Assembly: GCF_044704955.1 (NCBI RefSeq)
Contig: NC_091982.1
Coordinates: forward strand, 28,582,001 to 28,646,000
DNA from: Pristiophorus japonicus
Lineage: Eukaryota
DNA length: 64,000 bases
Direction of reading: 5' to 3'
Translations under genes and position numbers: made by a program
Shown: piece after piece, positions 50,851-62,827 of the stretch
Position numbering within the stretch: position 1 is the first letter of the stretch
How the letters are laid out: each line of letters starts with the position of its first letter
Notes under the pieces: generated by a model
Told to the model about the DNA's origin: nothing
What the model saw: the letters and a program-made list of their open reading frames with translations, nothing else
The model's database searches: none

Positions 50851-52432
50851 GGGCCCAGGTTTCGGCCTCAGTTGCTCCTGATTTTATGGAACAACTGGTT
50901 TAGAACGGAATATCTCAGAAATTCAAATTCTCGGCATTTAGTTTGCTCCAGTTCTAGTCAGTTAGAACAGTTTCACTTTGGAACAGAATTTTTTTTTCAA
51001 AAGGGGGCGTGTCCGGCCACTTACGCCTGTTTTCAAAGTTTCGGCAGTGAAAACTTACTCCAAACTAACTTAGAATGGAGTAAGTGAAGATTTTTGTACG
51101 CTCGAAAAAACCTTGTCTACACTTTAGAAAATCAGGCGTAGGTTACAAATCAGGCGTAGGGAATGGGGGGGGGGGGGTTTAAAGGGAAGTTTACAAACAT
51201 TAAACACTTCAGTTTTACACATAAAGAGCCATCATCAATAATAAAGGATAAAAACATCAATAAATCAACCAATAAATCAATCAAAAAAATTAATAAGAAA
51301 TAATTTTTTTAAAATCAATAAGTAAAACATTTTCTACTTACCGACTGCAGCATCGGGAGCCCTCCAACAGCGTGCTGGGATGCCCCCCCAGTGTGTCTCT
51401 GTCAGTGTCTCTATCTCTGTCTGTCTGTCTGTGTGTGTCTCTCATTCTCTGTCTGTGTTTCTGACAGCGAGGGGAGGAGGGGGGTAGAGAGAGAGAGAGG
51501 GGGGGGAGAGAGGGAGGCAGAGGGGGAGGGATGGGGAGAAGGGGGAGGAGAAGGGGGAAGGATGGGGAGAAGGGGGAGGAGAAGGGGGAAGGGGGGAGGA
51601 GAAGGGGAAGGGGGGAGGGGAGGGGAAGGGGGGAGGAGAAGGTGAAGGGGAAGAGGGGAGGAGAAGGGGGGAAAGGAAAGGTGAAGAGGGGAAGGGGGGA
51701 AAGGAAAGGAGAGGGGGGAAAGGAAAAGGTGGGGGGAAAGGAGAAGGGGTTGGGGGGAAGGAGAAGGGGGAGGGAGGCTGAACAGGCCCGGCTGGGCCGG
51801 GCCCAATACTTTGGGCAGGGCCCGTCCCCAGCACCAGATTTACAGGTAGGTGGCGTTGGGTCGGGTCCGGGGTCGGGAGCGCAGGTTGGGTCGGGGGGGG
51901 GGGGGGGGGTGCGGAGGGAGGTCAGTTCGGTTCGGGGAGGGAGGGAGAGGGAGGTCAGGATGGTAGGGGTGGGGGGAGCGCGGGTTGGGTCCAGTCCGGG
52001 TGTGGGGCGGAGCGGGGAGGGGAAGCGGGAGTTGGGTCAGTGTTGGGGGCGGGGGGAAGCGGGAGTCGAGTTGGGTCAGTAAGAAGCAGGAGCTGGGCAT
52101 GGGAGGCAGCCTTATTCACGCAGCCCCAGTGAGGCCATTCGGCCAGGGCTTGGGGCTGCATGCTTCGGGCCCCTCCCACACAGTTTTGGGCGCCTAGAGC
52201 TACTGCACATGCGCGCCCACTGTAGCGCACATGTGCAGAGGTCCCGGCACTGTTTTCAGCGCAGGGATCTAGCTCCGCCCCCTACAGCTCGTGCTGCGCC
52301 GCGCCCAGCTCTAGAGGACCAGCAGAGAGCCGGAGAATCTAAGTTTTTTTTTTTAGGCGCACTGTGTTGCACGAAAAACGGGCGTCCAGGTCGGGTCTGC
52401 GCCGTTCTAGGCGCGGCCCGAAACTTGGGCCC
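50851..52432. mobile_element. Young non-autonomous Harbinger-type element with a long polypurine tract
   Basis: TIRs GGGCCCAGGTTTCGG / CCGAAACTTGGGCCC (14/15); perfect TSD AAT; CpGs retained. Confidence 0.9.
51469..51777 (+). repeat. ~300-bp G/A polypurine tract
   Basis: Almost exclusively G and A with GGGG runs. Confidence 0.9.
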
Positions 52433-52859
52433 AATGAACCTCAGTACTCGAGCCATTAAACCACGAGATATCACTTTTTAAAAAACGTGTGTCTAACTGT
52501 CGTGTCCGTACTGGTCCTCAAAGGTTCAGAGGCAGGCCATTTCCACGTTGTGTCTGGAGGGTGACAGAAATGCCCATCTAGTTTAATTTCTACTCGAGTC
52601 AGATCATTAAGACATAGAAACCATTTGTCAGCATGAACACTGGAAGTAATCCAGTTCACAATTTCAGCCATATAAATTGGGCATCTGCAATTGCTAGGTA
52701 GCATTTTTAAATGCCAATAAATGTAAAGGGTTAGCCAACAATATGGATTTTTTTTGCAGGACAATGGGTAACTGTGAGGAAAGGGGATTTCTACTGAATA
52801 TTTGAAGTTCTTCAATTTTGCCAAAGCGGCTCCGTTAGGGCTTTATTTGTGCTGCTTGA

Positions 52860-53880
52860 AGGAAGAAGAAAGGAGGAGAAGGAATGCACGGATGCCAGGA
52901 AAGCAAGATTACACTATAGGAGGAGAGATCTTACCCTTGCAACCACATTTATTAGTCATGGTGAAACTGTCTGGACTTAACCGAGGAACAAGGAATGGAA
53001 AACTTTACTTTCATTTGGGAGGTGATGACTGAGTTGTGTCACATGCTTCAAGAAGACCTCCAGCATGCTCCAGGATAGGAATGACCAGTTGCTATGAAGA
53101 TCAAATCAACTCTGAATAGTTCTGCGTGTGGCTCTTTCCAGGCTAGCAATGGGGGATATCAGCTTCATTAGTTAGTCTGCAGTCCACAGATGTCCAATGG
53201 TAATTTATGCGTGTTTTCAAGAGCAAGCAATGACATCACTTTCGCCATGGCGAAGAGGCAATAGCAGGAGATTGCTGTAGTTTTTTATTTCTAAATAGCT
53301 GCATTCTCCAAAGTCCAGGGTATACTCAGTGGTGCACCTATAGCCCTAAGATTTCCTGCACAATAATGTTTTCTTCAAGGGCTACAACTTAATCAATATT
53401 CAGCTTGTCTGTGATCATCTACACAGGGTTATACACATCAGTGGACATAGTCATGCTGCCTTTATTTGAAAGCAACTGGCCGAGACCTCTTTATTTCACC
53501 CTATTAATAAAGTGTAAAATTGCATCCTTGGAGACCAGGGATAATAGCTGCAGCCCTGGGTTATGAGTCATCTTTAGAGCACAGGTGTAATGCATCCACA
53601 AGAGCCATCACTAAACACAACGTGGCAAGATGAAGCAATGATTCCAATGCCTTGACAGATTGAGAGCATCTTGCAGTACAGATCAGCAAAAAATATCAAT
53701 CATCGTTGTGGTTTGCTATATTCTCCATCACTGCTATACATTGAGAACTGAACATGGAAAAGGTGGAGAGGCAAGGCAATGATTTACAGGATAACGAGGA
53801 GGGTCAGAATAATGCTGCCAATCCACCTTTGACAGCCACAAGAGGCATTTGCCAGGTTTTGATTGAGAAGGCCCCATTGA
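52860..53880 (+). pseudogene. Old, heavily decayed Harbinger transposase
   Basis: LCHMLQEDLQ, CGSFQA, FSKVQGIL, NIQLVCDH, ILGDQG, FQCLDR and IVVVCYILH traces in the expected order. Confidence 0.8.
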
Positions 53881-55304
53881 CCCCTTGTATGAATAGTCCT
53901 CCCTATATCTTCACAATTCTCTGACCAAATGAGTATTTAATTACTAACATCAACAGAATTGGCACCACATTTTATTTTCTGAAATATCATTTGCCTATCT
54001 GGAATGTGACACCCAACGTTTTCCCTTCGACCTTTGAACTCTGACAGATGCATTAATTGCAAGCTGGAAAATTCTGCACAGGCTCCAAATGCATGGATGC
54101 GATTGAAAGCTATCGAGAACTGTTGTGTTGTAAAATTATCGATGGGTGGAATTTTAGCCCCCAAAAATGGGTGGGTTGTGGTCGGGTGGGAGGTGAACGA
54201 GTTAAAAATCTGAATCTCGACCCCAATACGCCTCCAACCCGCCCCCGTCCAGTTTTAAGGGAGGCGGGATGTGGTGGACAGCCAACCCACTCACAGGAAG
54301 CAGGTTAGCATTTTACATATTATAATGAGGCTGCCTCATTGTGATCCACCATTTTAAATTTATCTTTGGGCGGACGAGTTTTCCAAGTCTTGGGGAACCC
54401 GCCAGCTAAAGGAAGGCAAAGACTGCTAGATCCAAGAGGTAAGTGCTTTCTACTTTCTTGCTGAATCCAGCATTCCTGCCTTGTCCATGCGGAGGGACAG
54501 ATCGCCACCTTTCCGATTTCTCTCGGACCTCCTCCCATGGCCTCCGACCCCCTGACCACCTCCCTAAGGAGCCCTATCTCCAATCACCTCCCTTCCGACC
54601 TCCCCTTTGCTCCTGGCTTCTGATTTCCCCCCTCCGGCCTCCGATCCCCAGCACCCAACCACCCCCATCTAGCCTTAGGCCCCTGGCCCCCTCTCTCCGA
54701 CCTCCGATTCCCACCTCCGGCCTTCCAACCACCTGCCTCGGGTTCTGACTTTCTGCCCTCTGGCCTCCAACCGTCACCCGAGGCCTCCAAACCCATCGCC
54801 CCTCCCCCCCACCCCGCCCATGAGGCCTTGAATCTCTGATCCTCCCTCCGGCCTTCCAATCTGCAGCCCTCGATCTTCCCTCCAAACTCTAGCACCTGAC
54901 CCCACTGACGATCTGCAGACCCCGACCCACTCCGAAAATCCCCAGCCTTCCAAACCCCTCCCGATCCCTCTCTCCCTCCTCTTTGCAGCCTGGTGCTGCA
55001 GGTCTACGAGCCCCATAGCCAGCCAGCCTTGCCATCTGGTTGGCTGTGGGTGGGAAACAGAGATTCATAATGCTAATGGACGTGTTAATCTGCAACATCT
55101 AAAGCTCTGATTGTGCCCTCTTGATGACAAGTTGTGATTGTTTACTGGTCCCCTTGGAGGATAAGGCACACGGCAATTTTTCTTTGCAAAGTGTAATTCG
55201 AGCCATTTGACTGCCTACTCCAGACAGAACAGGACTCATTAGGAACAGACAGGGCTCACTCTAACAGGTTAAGACCTTCTCCCACCCGCAAAGAAATTCC
55301 TGCC

Positions 55305-55615
55305 CCCACGTTCCTGACCTCCTCCCCCCTCGCCTGACATTCTCCACCTGCCCAGGTTCCTGACCTCGTCCCCTGCAACCCAAGTGTCTGACCATACCCG
55401 CCGCCCCCAGCCCAAGATCCTGACCTCCTCCTTCCCCCCGCTCAAGTTCCTGACTTCCTCCTCCCCCCTCGCCCAAGTTCCTGACCTCTTCCTCCACCCC
55501 CCCGGAAGTTCCTGACCTCTTCCCCAGCCCAAGTTCCTGACCGCCTCTTCCCACCCAAGTTCCCCCCTCATAGATTCCTGACGTTCTCTCTCCAACAAGT
55601 CCCTGATCTTCCCCC
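55305..55615 (+). repeat. Degenerate minisatellite with core CCCAAGTTCCTGACC and C-rich spacers
   Basis: About ten recognisable cores, mostly 25-32 bp apart. Confidence 0.85.
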
Positions 55616-56081
55616 ACCCAACCCCGCCATAGATGGGGCATTGTGTGTGGGTCACGGATCGTTAACAGGTTTGTTGGGTATGAAGTGAACAGTGACAGTG
55701 TCGTGACTTCTGCATTTCATCCAGTCCAAAGATGTCACTTGCCACATATGCAGCAAGCTTTCCGAGAAATCAACCAGGTGCAGGGGAGGAGAGGGAGAAT
55801 GTGGTGCAGGTGTAAAGGGGCTGGGGCTGGAAGAACGTGATCCATCTTGCTAGCTGGATCACGTTCTCACTCACAACTGCTCCCCTTTAGACCTGGATCA
55901 CTTCTTCCCCCATCCCCACTATGCTCTTTACACCCGCCCCCCCCTTTCTCTGCCCAACTCTCTCTCGCTCTCTCTCTTTGCCCCACCACGCTTTCAGGTA
56001 ATGCATTCCAAATCATAACAACTACATTTTTCCCTCCTCATGTTACCTCTGGTTCTTTTCTCAATTACCTTAAATCTGTGT

Positions 56082-56324
56082 CCTCTCTCTCTCTCTCTCT
56101 CTCTCCCCCACTCTCTCTCTCCCCCCATCTCTCTCTCTCCCCCCCATTCTCGCTCTCTCTCGCTCTCCCTCACTCTCTCTCCCTCACTCTCTCTCTGCCC
56201 CCTGTCTCTCTGTCTCTCTCCCCCACTCTATTTCTCTCCTCCTCATTGTCTCTTCTGCCCAACTCTCACTCTCTCTCTGACCCACACTCTTTCTCTCTCC
56301 CACCTTTGATTTCCTTTCTCTCTC
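56082..56324 (+). repeat. (CT)n-rich polypyrimidine tract
   Basis: Seen directly. Confidence 0.9.
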
Positions 56325-56357
56325 AGGATGCCACAAAAATGTTTGTATAGTGGTGAG

Positions 56358-59300
56358 TGTAATGTCTGTAAGCTTGTAATGTTTGTAGCTCCACACTATG
56401 GATGTGAACGTATTGTGTACTGCAAGTGCAGGGTTAATCATAAAACAGAACTAGGCAGATTTCCGGAGACTTCCAAGAGAGCTGCCTGCCATGTTAGGAA
56501 GCTGTGTGTGCTTGTGCTCTGTGAAGATATCACATTTGGCGACTGAGGTGGGATTTTTTGGATGATTTAAAGCTTAATTTTTGTTTGTGAAGGATTCAGC
56601 CAGTCAACAGAAGACTTTGAAAGTTTCTGTCTTTGGAAAAAAGCTACAAAATCTGAGCTAAAATACAGCACACGGTGTGAACAGCTAGAGATTAAAATGG
56701 CAGGTGTATTGGGATATTTGGGTGAATATTGACACGACCGGGAACATTTTAAAGTATATGTGGATCGGCTAGAAATGTATTTCACTGCAAATAACATAAT
56801 CGAAGTTCCAGACAATGCAGTCCAGAATCAGGCTGTGTTAGAACGTAAGAAAGCGATCTTCTTATCGGAGGCAGGTCCGGCATTATATGACACTCTTGTA
56901 AATCTGCTTATGCCTGACGAGCCAAAGGACACAACGCTTAAAGAGATTTTCATGAAGCTGGAGCAGCACTATAACCCCAAACCATTAGAAATTGCTGAAA
57001 GCTATCGTTTCGGGACTCGGAATCATAAGGCTGATTTAAGTATCAGTGATTACATCGTTGCATTAAAAAAGCTGTCGATGCACTGTAATTTTGGAAACTT
57101 TCAAAACCGAGCATTACGGGATCGTTGTGTTTGTGGGGTGAAAAATGATGTGATCAGTAGGAAGTTATTGACGACGGTTGACTTGACTTTTGAGATTGCT
57201 TGTCAGACAGTGAGGTCGATGGGCATGGCCGAAAAATATTCCCGAGAATTAAATAATAATTACGGTCGTCAGTCAACCGAGGTAAATCACCTGCAGGTTC
57301 AAAGTAAAAGACGGGCATGGCCGCAAGTCTTAGAAACTGGAAATTCTACCAGAGCGTCGAAGTCATGCAATAGGTGCCTGGGACAACACATTGCTCAAAG
57401 TTGTCCATTCGTGAAGGCAGAGTGTTTCTTCTGCAGGAAGACTGGGCATCTTGTGAAGGCATGCCGACTGAAGGGTAAACCAGCTTCCAAAGCTATGAGT
57501 CCAGCGTTCAAAGCTATGAGTAGAAATCCCAAGAGACTACATAGCATGGAAGAAGAACAACAGGATGAGGAGATGTTAGAGTTACACGTCATCAGGAGCA
57601 CGAAGTTAACGGACAGCGATTCGGAAAGCATCAAAATCCACATGGATGTTGCGGGATTCAAGATACCAATGGAAATTGACACGGGCGCTTCCGTGAGTGT
57701 AGTACTGGAGTCACTGTACCTTGACAAATTGCGTGATTTCCAGCTGGAGAAATCCAAGATAAAGTTGCGAGGCTACTCGGGAGAGAAAATTCCTGTGGTA
57801 GGTCATATCACCGTACCGGTGAAATATAAAGATCAATTTCAGAACTTGCCTCTAATAGTAGTGAAAGGAGACAAGTCTGCCTTACGAGGAAGAAATTGGT
57901 TGAGCTCACTGAAGCTGGATTGGAGTAAGATTTTCTGTGTGGAAGCGAGATTTTCATCAATGGATGAGGTTATCAAGAAGTATCGGAAGGTGTTCTGTGA
58001 AACGGGCAGTCTGATCCAAGGCTTCAAGGTGAGTGTCAGGGTACAGAAGGATGCTAGATCGGTTTACTACAAGCCATGTTCTGTACCATATGCACTCAAG
58101 GAGAAAGTTGAGCAAGATCTCAAAAGACTAGAGACAGAGAACATTATTTGTAAGATAGATTAATGTAATTGGGCTACACCCATTGTTGTTGTACCTAAGT
58201 CTGATGGTAAGGTAAGATTGTGTGGTGTTTATAAAGTAACTGTGAACCAGGTTCTAAAGGGTAATGTCCCCAATACATTGGCGAATATAGAAGATTTGTT
58301 CACAACACTGACAGGTGGTCAAATCTTCTCAAAATTGGATCTTATGGATGCCTACTTACAGCTTGAACTAGATGAGGAGTCCAAGTCATGTTTGACTATA
58401 AATACTCATCTGGGCCTATCTCAATTTAATAGCTACCGTTTGGAGTGTCTTCCGCCCCTGTCATATTCCAAGGGGTGGTGAGCCAGATTTTGCAAGGTAT
58501 TGAAGGGGTAGTATGTTATTTGGATGACATACTAATTTCAGCACCAAATCGGCAAATTCATAATAACATATTGAATGAAGTCCTCAAACGACTAGAGAAG
58601 TACAGAGTACAAGTGTCTGTTCGTAAGTGTGAGTTATTTAAAAACTCAGTGGAGTACTTAGGGTACAGATTAGACAAAGATGGTTTACATCTAACCATGG
58701 AAAAATTGGATGCAATTAGAAATGCACCCACTCCCAGGAATGTCACTGAACTTCGTTCATTCTTGGGTCTTTTGAACTATTATGGGAAGTTCCTACCAAA
58801 TTTTGCTGCAGTATTACATCCACTGAATTAACTTTTGAAAAAACAGGTCCATTGCAAGTGGTCAGAAGAATGCGATACAGCATTCAAGGAATGTAAAAGC
58901 AAATTGGTAGAGAGCACCATGTTAGTTCACTATGACATATCTAAGGAGATTAAGCGAGCATGGAGTTGGGGCAGTAATCTCTCATGTATCACTTAGTGGG
59001 GAGGAAAGACCAATTGCTTTTGCTTCATGCACACTCAGTGCCAGTGAGAGTAATTATGCACAAATTGAAAGGGAAGCTTTGGCATTAATTTTTGGGGTCA
59101 AGAAGTTTCACAAATACTTGTATGGTCGTAAGTTTACCATCGTTACTGGCCATAAGCCCCTAACAGCAATCCTCCATCCAAAGTCCCCAGTTCCAACATT
59201 AGCTGCAGCCCGAATGCAGAGATGGGCTTTGATTTTGTCAGCATATACATATGATATTTAATACAGATGATCAGCTGATCACAGTAATGCTGATGCAATG

Positions 59301-61093
59301 TCTAGATTGCCTTCCCCATCACAAGTTACACCCGATAGGGAAGAAGTGTTTTATTTTTCATACATTGATGAACTGCCAGTCACAGCTGAAGAGATTGGTA
59401 GAGCAACCAAACGTGACCCAGTGATGTCAAAGGTGTATGAATATATTGCAAATGGATGACCAAACCAGGTAACAGACAAAGATACACATCCATTCTTCAT
59501 TCGTAGGAATGAATTATCAGTCGATAAAGATTGTATCATGTGGGGTGCAAGAGTGGTTTTACCAAATAAATTCATGTCCAAATTATTAGGAGACCTCCAT
59601 GACCAGCACCTGGGAATGTGCTTGACCAAGAGTTTTGCACGCAGTTATTTATGATGGCCAGGTCTTGATAAAGATATAGAGTACATCGTCAGTCAGTGTA
59701 CAACATGTCAATCGGTAAGCAAACAACCACCACCAGTACCATTACAGCTGTGGAAATGGCCTCCCAGGGTGTGGCAAAGGCTACATATTGATTTTGCTGA
59801 GTTAGAAGGACAACAATTGTTCATTGTGATTGATAGCCATTTGAAGTGGGTTGAGATGTTTCCAATGTGGAAAATAACAAGTAAACCATTGGACATTTTA
59901 CGAAAATTATTTTCTTCATTTGGCCTCCCTGAAGAAATTGTTTCGGATAATGGACCACAATTTCGTTCAGAAGAATTTGCACAATTCACGAGCAAAGATG
60001 GTGTGAAACATACCAAGGTTCCACCATAGCATCCTGCTTCGAATGGTGCAGCAGAGCGTACTGTACAAATTGAAAAACGTGCCCTCGTAAAACAAATGTT
60101 AGATCCAAATCCAAGGAAACGACAGTTGTCATTGGATCACAAATTGGCTAATTTTTTGATTACATATCGAAATACTCCTCATACAACTACTGGTAGAACA
60201 CCAGCAGAGTTGTTTCTCAAACGACAGCCACGAACCAGATTTTCATTGTTAAAGCTAAATTTGGCAGTCCGTAGAAGAGGCACAATTAAGACAGAAAGAG
60301 AATCATGATAGGGGTAGAGTAAAAGAGAGAAGTGTGAAATTAAACCAGAAGGTGAGAGTGAAGAACCATCACCATAAATGGTTAAAGTGGTTACCAGGAA
60401 GAGTGGTGAAGATATGTGGTCCTCGCACATATTTGGGAAAGATGTTTGATAATGGACAGGTTAGGTTTATTCATATTGATCATATTATACCTTCAGACAT
60501 GGAAGGAGTTGAAGGTGGGAATGATTCAATTATTTCTGACTCATCAGATAGTTTTGATATACTAGTAGCAAATCCTAAATCCAATGTACTGGAAACAAAT
60601 CCAGGAGAGAATCAGGATGAAAGTCTGAGTCCGAGTCAGGAAAACAAAGAGCCTGAAGTTAGAGTGAGTTCAAATGAAAATCAAAGAAATTCCATGGAGG
60701 AAAACGTTCCTCACGATGAGCCTTGAATGAGTTTAGATTCGACACCATGTTTGGAAGGTTCTGTTCGAGAGCGAAGGTATCCTCTTCGAAACTGAAAACA
60801 AGTGGTAAAGTTAAATTTGTAAATATGGAAAAAAAAAGTTTATATCCTGTGTTATGTATAAACAGGAAAGTTATGTATGATGTTTATATGATGGCTTCTT
60901 CATTAAGGAGGGAGATGTGTAATGTCTGTAAGCTTGTAATGTGTGTCGCTCCACACTGTGGATGTGGATGTATTGTGTACTGCAAGTGCAGGGTTAATAA
61001 TCAGCAGAACTAGGCAGATTTCCGAAGAAATCTGAGAGAGCTGCCTGCCATGTTAGGAAGCTGTGTGTGCTTGGGCTCTGTGAAGATATCACA
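56358..61093 (+). mobile_element. Full-length Gypsy LTR retrotransposon (Mag-type); LTRs 56358-56534 and 60918-61093
   Basis: TG...CA LTRs roughly 90% identical; perfect 5-bp TSD GTGAG; PBS TGGCGACTGAGGTGGGATT (56537-56555) resembling the complement of the tRNA-Ser(GCT) 3' end; PPT AAGGAGGGAGA before the 3' LTR. Confidence 0.97.
56697..60790 (+). pseudogene. Gypsy gag-pol, disrupted
   Basis: CNRCLGQH...C and CFFCRKTGHL...C knuckles; protease IDTGAS; RT YLDDILI; RNase H YAQIEREAL; integrase RLHIDFA and VSDNGPQF; stops and frameshifts. Confidence 0.97.
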
Positions 61094-61162
61094 GTGAGTA
61101 TCCCCGCCTGTCACGCAGGACACCGGGTTCCAATTCCCTGACGGGGAGGAAGCATTTTTAAC

Positions 61163-61215
61163 AGGCTCGAGGGGCCGCATGGCCTACTCCTGTTCCTATT
61201 TCTTATGTTCTTATG
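61163..61215 (+). mobile_element. CR1 3' tail joined to the tRNA-Asp sequence
   Basis: AGGCTCGAGGGGCCGCATGGCCTACTCCTGTTCCTATTTCTTATGTTCTTATG, similar to 30154-30214. Confidence 0.9.
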
Positions 61216-61813
61216 ATCACAGCGATATTCTAAACAAAATCCTGGAGGTTCCTTTAGTATAGTCATTGATTTTCAAAAGATAACCCAAAAGCCCCAGTAG
61301 CAGGCTTAGGCTTAAGCAGCAGCTCTAGGCTTGGCAACATGGTTCAGCCCCACTTCCGATTTCCCATATATCGTACTATACTATGCAACCAGATCAAGTG
61401 TGTACACGGAAAGGCGGTTTCCACCGCATGCATGCGCAGAAGGGCACAATAATGTTCATGCAGATAATCACTTTGAATGTTAATCAGGCCCTGCCATTAA
61501 ATTCAGCAGGGCCTGAGGGAAGCCTGTTCTCCCAACTGCTTTGCAGCCACCCCGTTCCGTAACCACCTCCAAATTAAAATTCCGGCCAGCATGTCTGCAG
61601 CTTTTTTTTTAACTTTCTCTTCATTGTTTTCTCTTAGTCCTCTGTCTCTTCAGCCATGGTAAAGGCTTCTAATGGTTTGAAAGTCTTTTTGTGGCTTTCA
61701 GAATATTTGTCCTCCAGGTGTGACTGTCTTTTTTTTAATCTCTGTTGAATTAACTTGTATTTTGTTTTGTTAGAATCCTCATGTAAGGGGTTAAAACAGC
61801 ACTGCAGAGGATG

Positions 61814-61948
61814 GGGTAAAATTCAACTTCGACAGGGGCAAAATACAACGTATCAGCCTCCGGTTATACACCCCGCTGTAATTTGCTTTTCCAGTTGGCT
61901 GATCTGTTGCTGCCCCTTTTGTGCTGCTGCCGAAGTTAAATTGTACCC
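61814..61948. mobile_element. 135-bp MITE
   Basis: 22-bp TIRs matching 19/22 (GGGTAAAATTCAACTTCGACAG). Confidence 0.7.
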
Positions 61949-61989
61949 AGAGAGCAGTTCAATTCCAGACATATAGGCTGTAGCCCTTC

Positions 61990-62545
61990 CATAGAATCCT
62001 AGGATCATTGAATGATCCAGTCCAGAAGGAGGCCATTCGGCCAATTGTGCCTGTGGTAGGTGGCTCTTTGAAAAAGCTACGCAATGAGTCGCACTCCCCT
62101 GCTCTTTCCCCATAGCCTTGCAAATTTTTACAATTCAAGTATTTATCCAATTCCCTTTCGAAAGTTATTATTGGATCTGCTTCTACAACCCTTTCAGGTA
62201 ATGCATTTAAATCATAACAATTGCATTTTTCCCCCTCATTTCCCCTCTGGTTCTTTTGTCAATTACCTTAAATCTGTGTCCTCGGTTACTGATCCTTCTT
62301 CCACTGGAAACAGTTTCTCCTTATTTACTTTATTAAAACCCTTCAAGATTTTGAACACCTCTATCAAATCTTCCCTTAACCTTCTCTGCTCTGAGGAGAA
62401 GAGACCCAGTTTCTCTAGTCTCTCCACATAACTGAAGTCTTTCATCCCTCTACCATTCTAGTAAATCTCCACTGTACCCTCTCTAAGGCCATGACATCCT
62501 TCCTAAAGTGTGCTGCCTTGAATTGGACAGAATGCTCAAGCTGGG
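61990..62545 (-). mobile_element. CR1 LINE 3' fragment
   Basis: SYVERLEKLGLFSSEQRRLREDLIEVFKILKG; CR1-type 3' UTR. Confidence 0.9.
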
Positions 62546-62827
62546 CCCTATTAAAAGTTAATAAACTAAGAAAGTTCCAAGCATAGGTTGGCTACAATGG
62601 CCACATTCAATGACCAGCATCTTAGACCTTTTCAGAGTTTAGCTTCATTCAATAATGATGAATGTCTATCTGCTTTAATGAAATCATGAAAGGTATAGCC
62701 TCTGCCATATTTGTTTTAGGACCTGTTTTAGGTGATCTTATTGAAACATAATATAATGAGAGGGCTCGACATGGTGGATGCAGAGAGAATATTTCCATTC
62801 ATAGGGGAAACTAAAACTAGGGACATA

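Larger units (their letters stand above)
56341..61148 (+). pseudogene. tRNA-Asp(GTC)-derived sequence split by the Gypsy insertion (parts 56341-56357 and 61094-61148)
   Basis: GTTTGTATAGTGGTGAG + TATCCCCGCCTGTCACGCAGGACACCGGGTTCCAATTCCCTGACGGGGAG matches vertebrate tRNA-Asp-GTC as recalled (16/17 and 44/50); anticodon at 61110-61112; first 5 nt missing. Confidence 0.9.

Noticed and set aside
51391-52230. Gly/Arg/Pro-rich ORFs (also near 19800-20280, 54400-55650 and 55850-56440)
   Set aside because: Translations of low-complexity tracts lacking stop codons.
55305-55615. CRISPR-like repeat-spacer pattern
   Set aside because: Cores are short and degenerate, spacers are low-complexity, there are no cas genes and the context is vertebrate.
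55985-56084. Segment resembling 62185-62283, suggesting a duplication around the Gypsy element
   Set aside because: Both are CR1 3' fragments; shared subfamily origin is sufficient.
56341-61148. Functional or split tRNA-Asp gene
   Set aside because: The 5' acceptor strand is missing, the B-box is mutated and the interruption is an LTR element with a TSD, not an intron.
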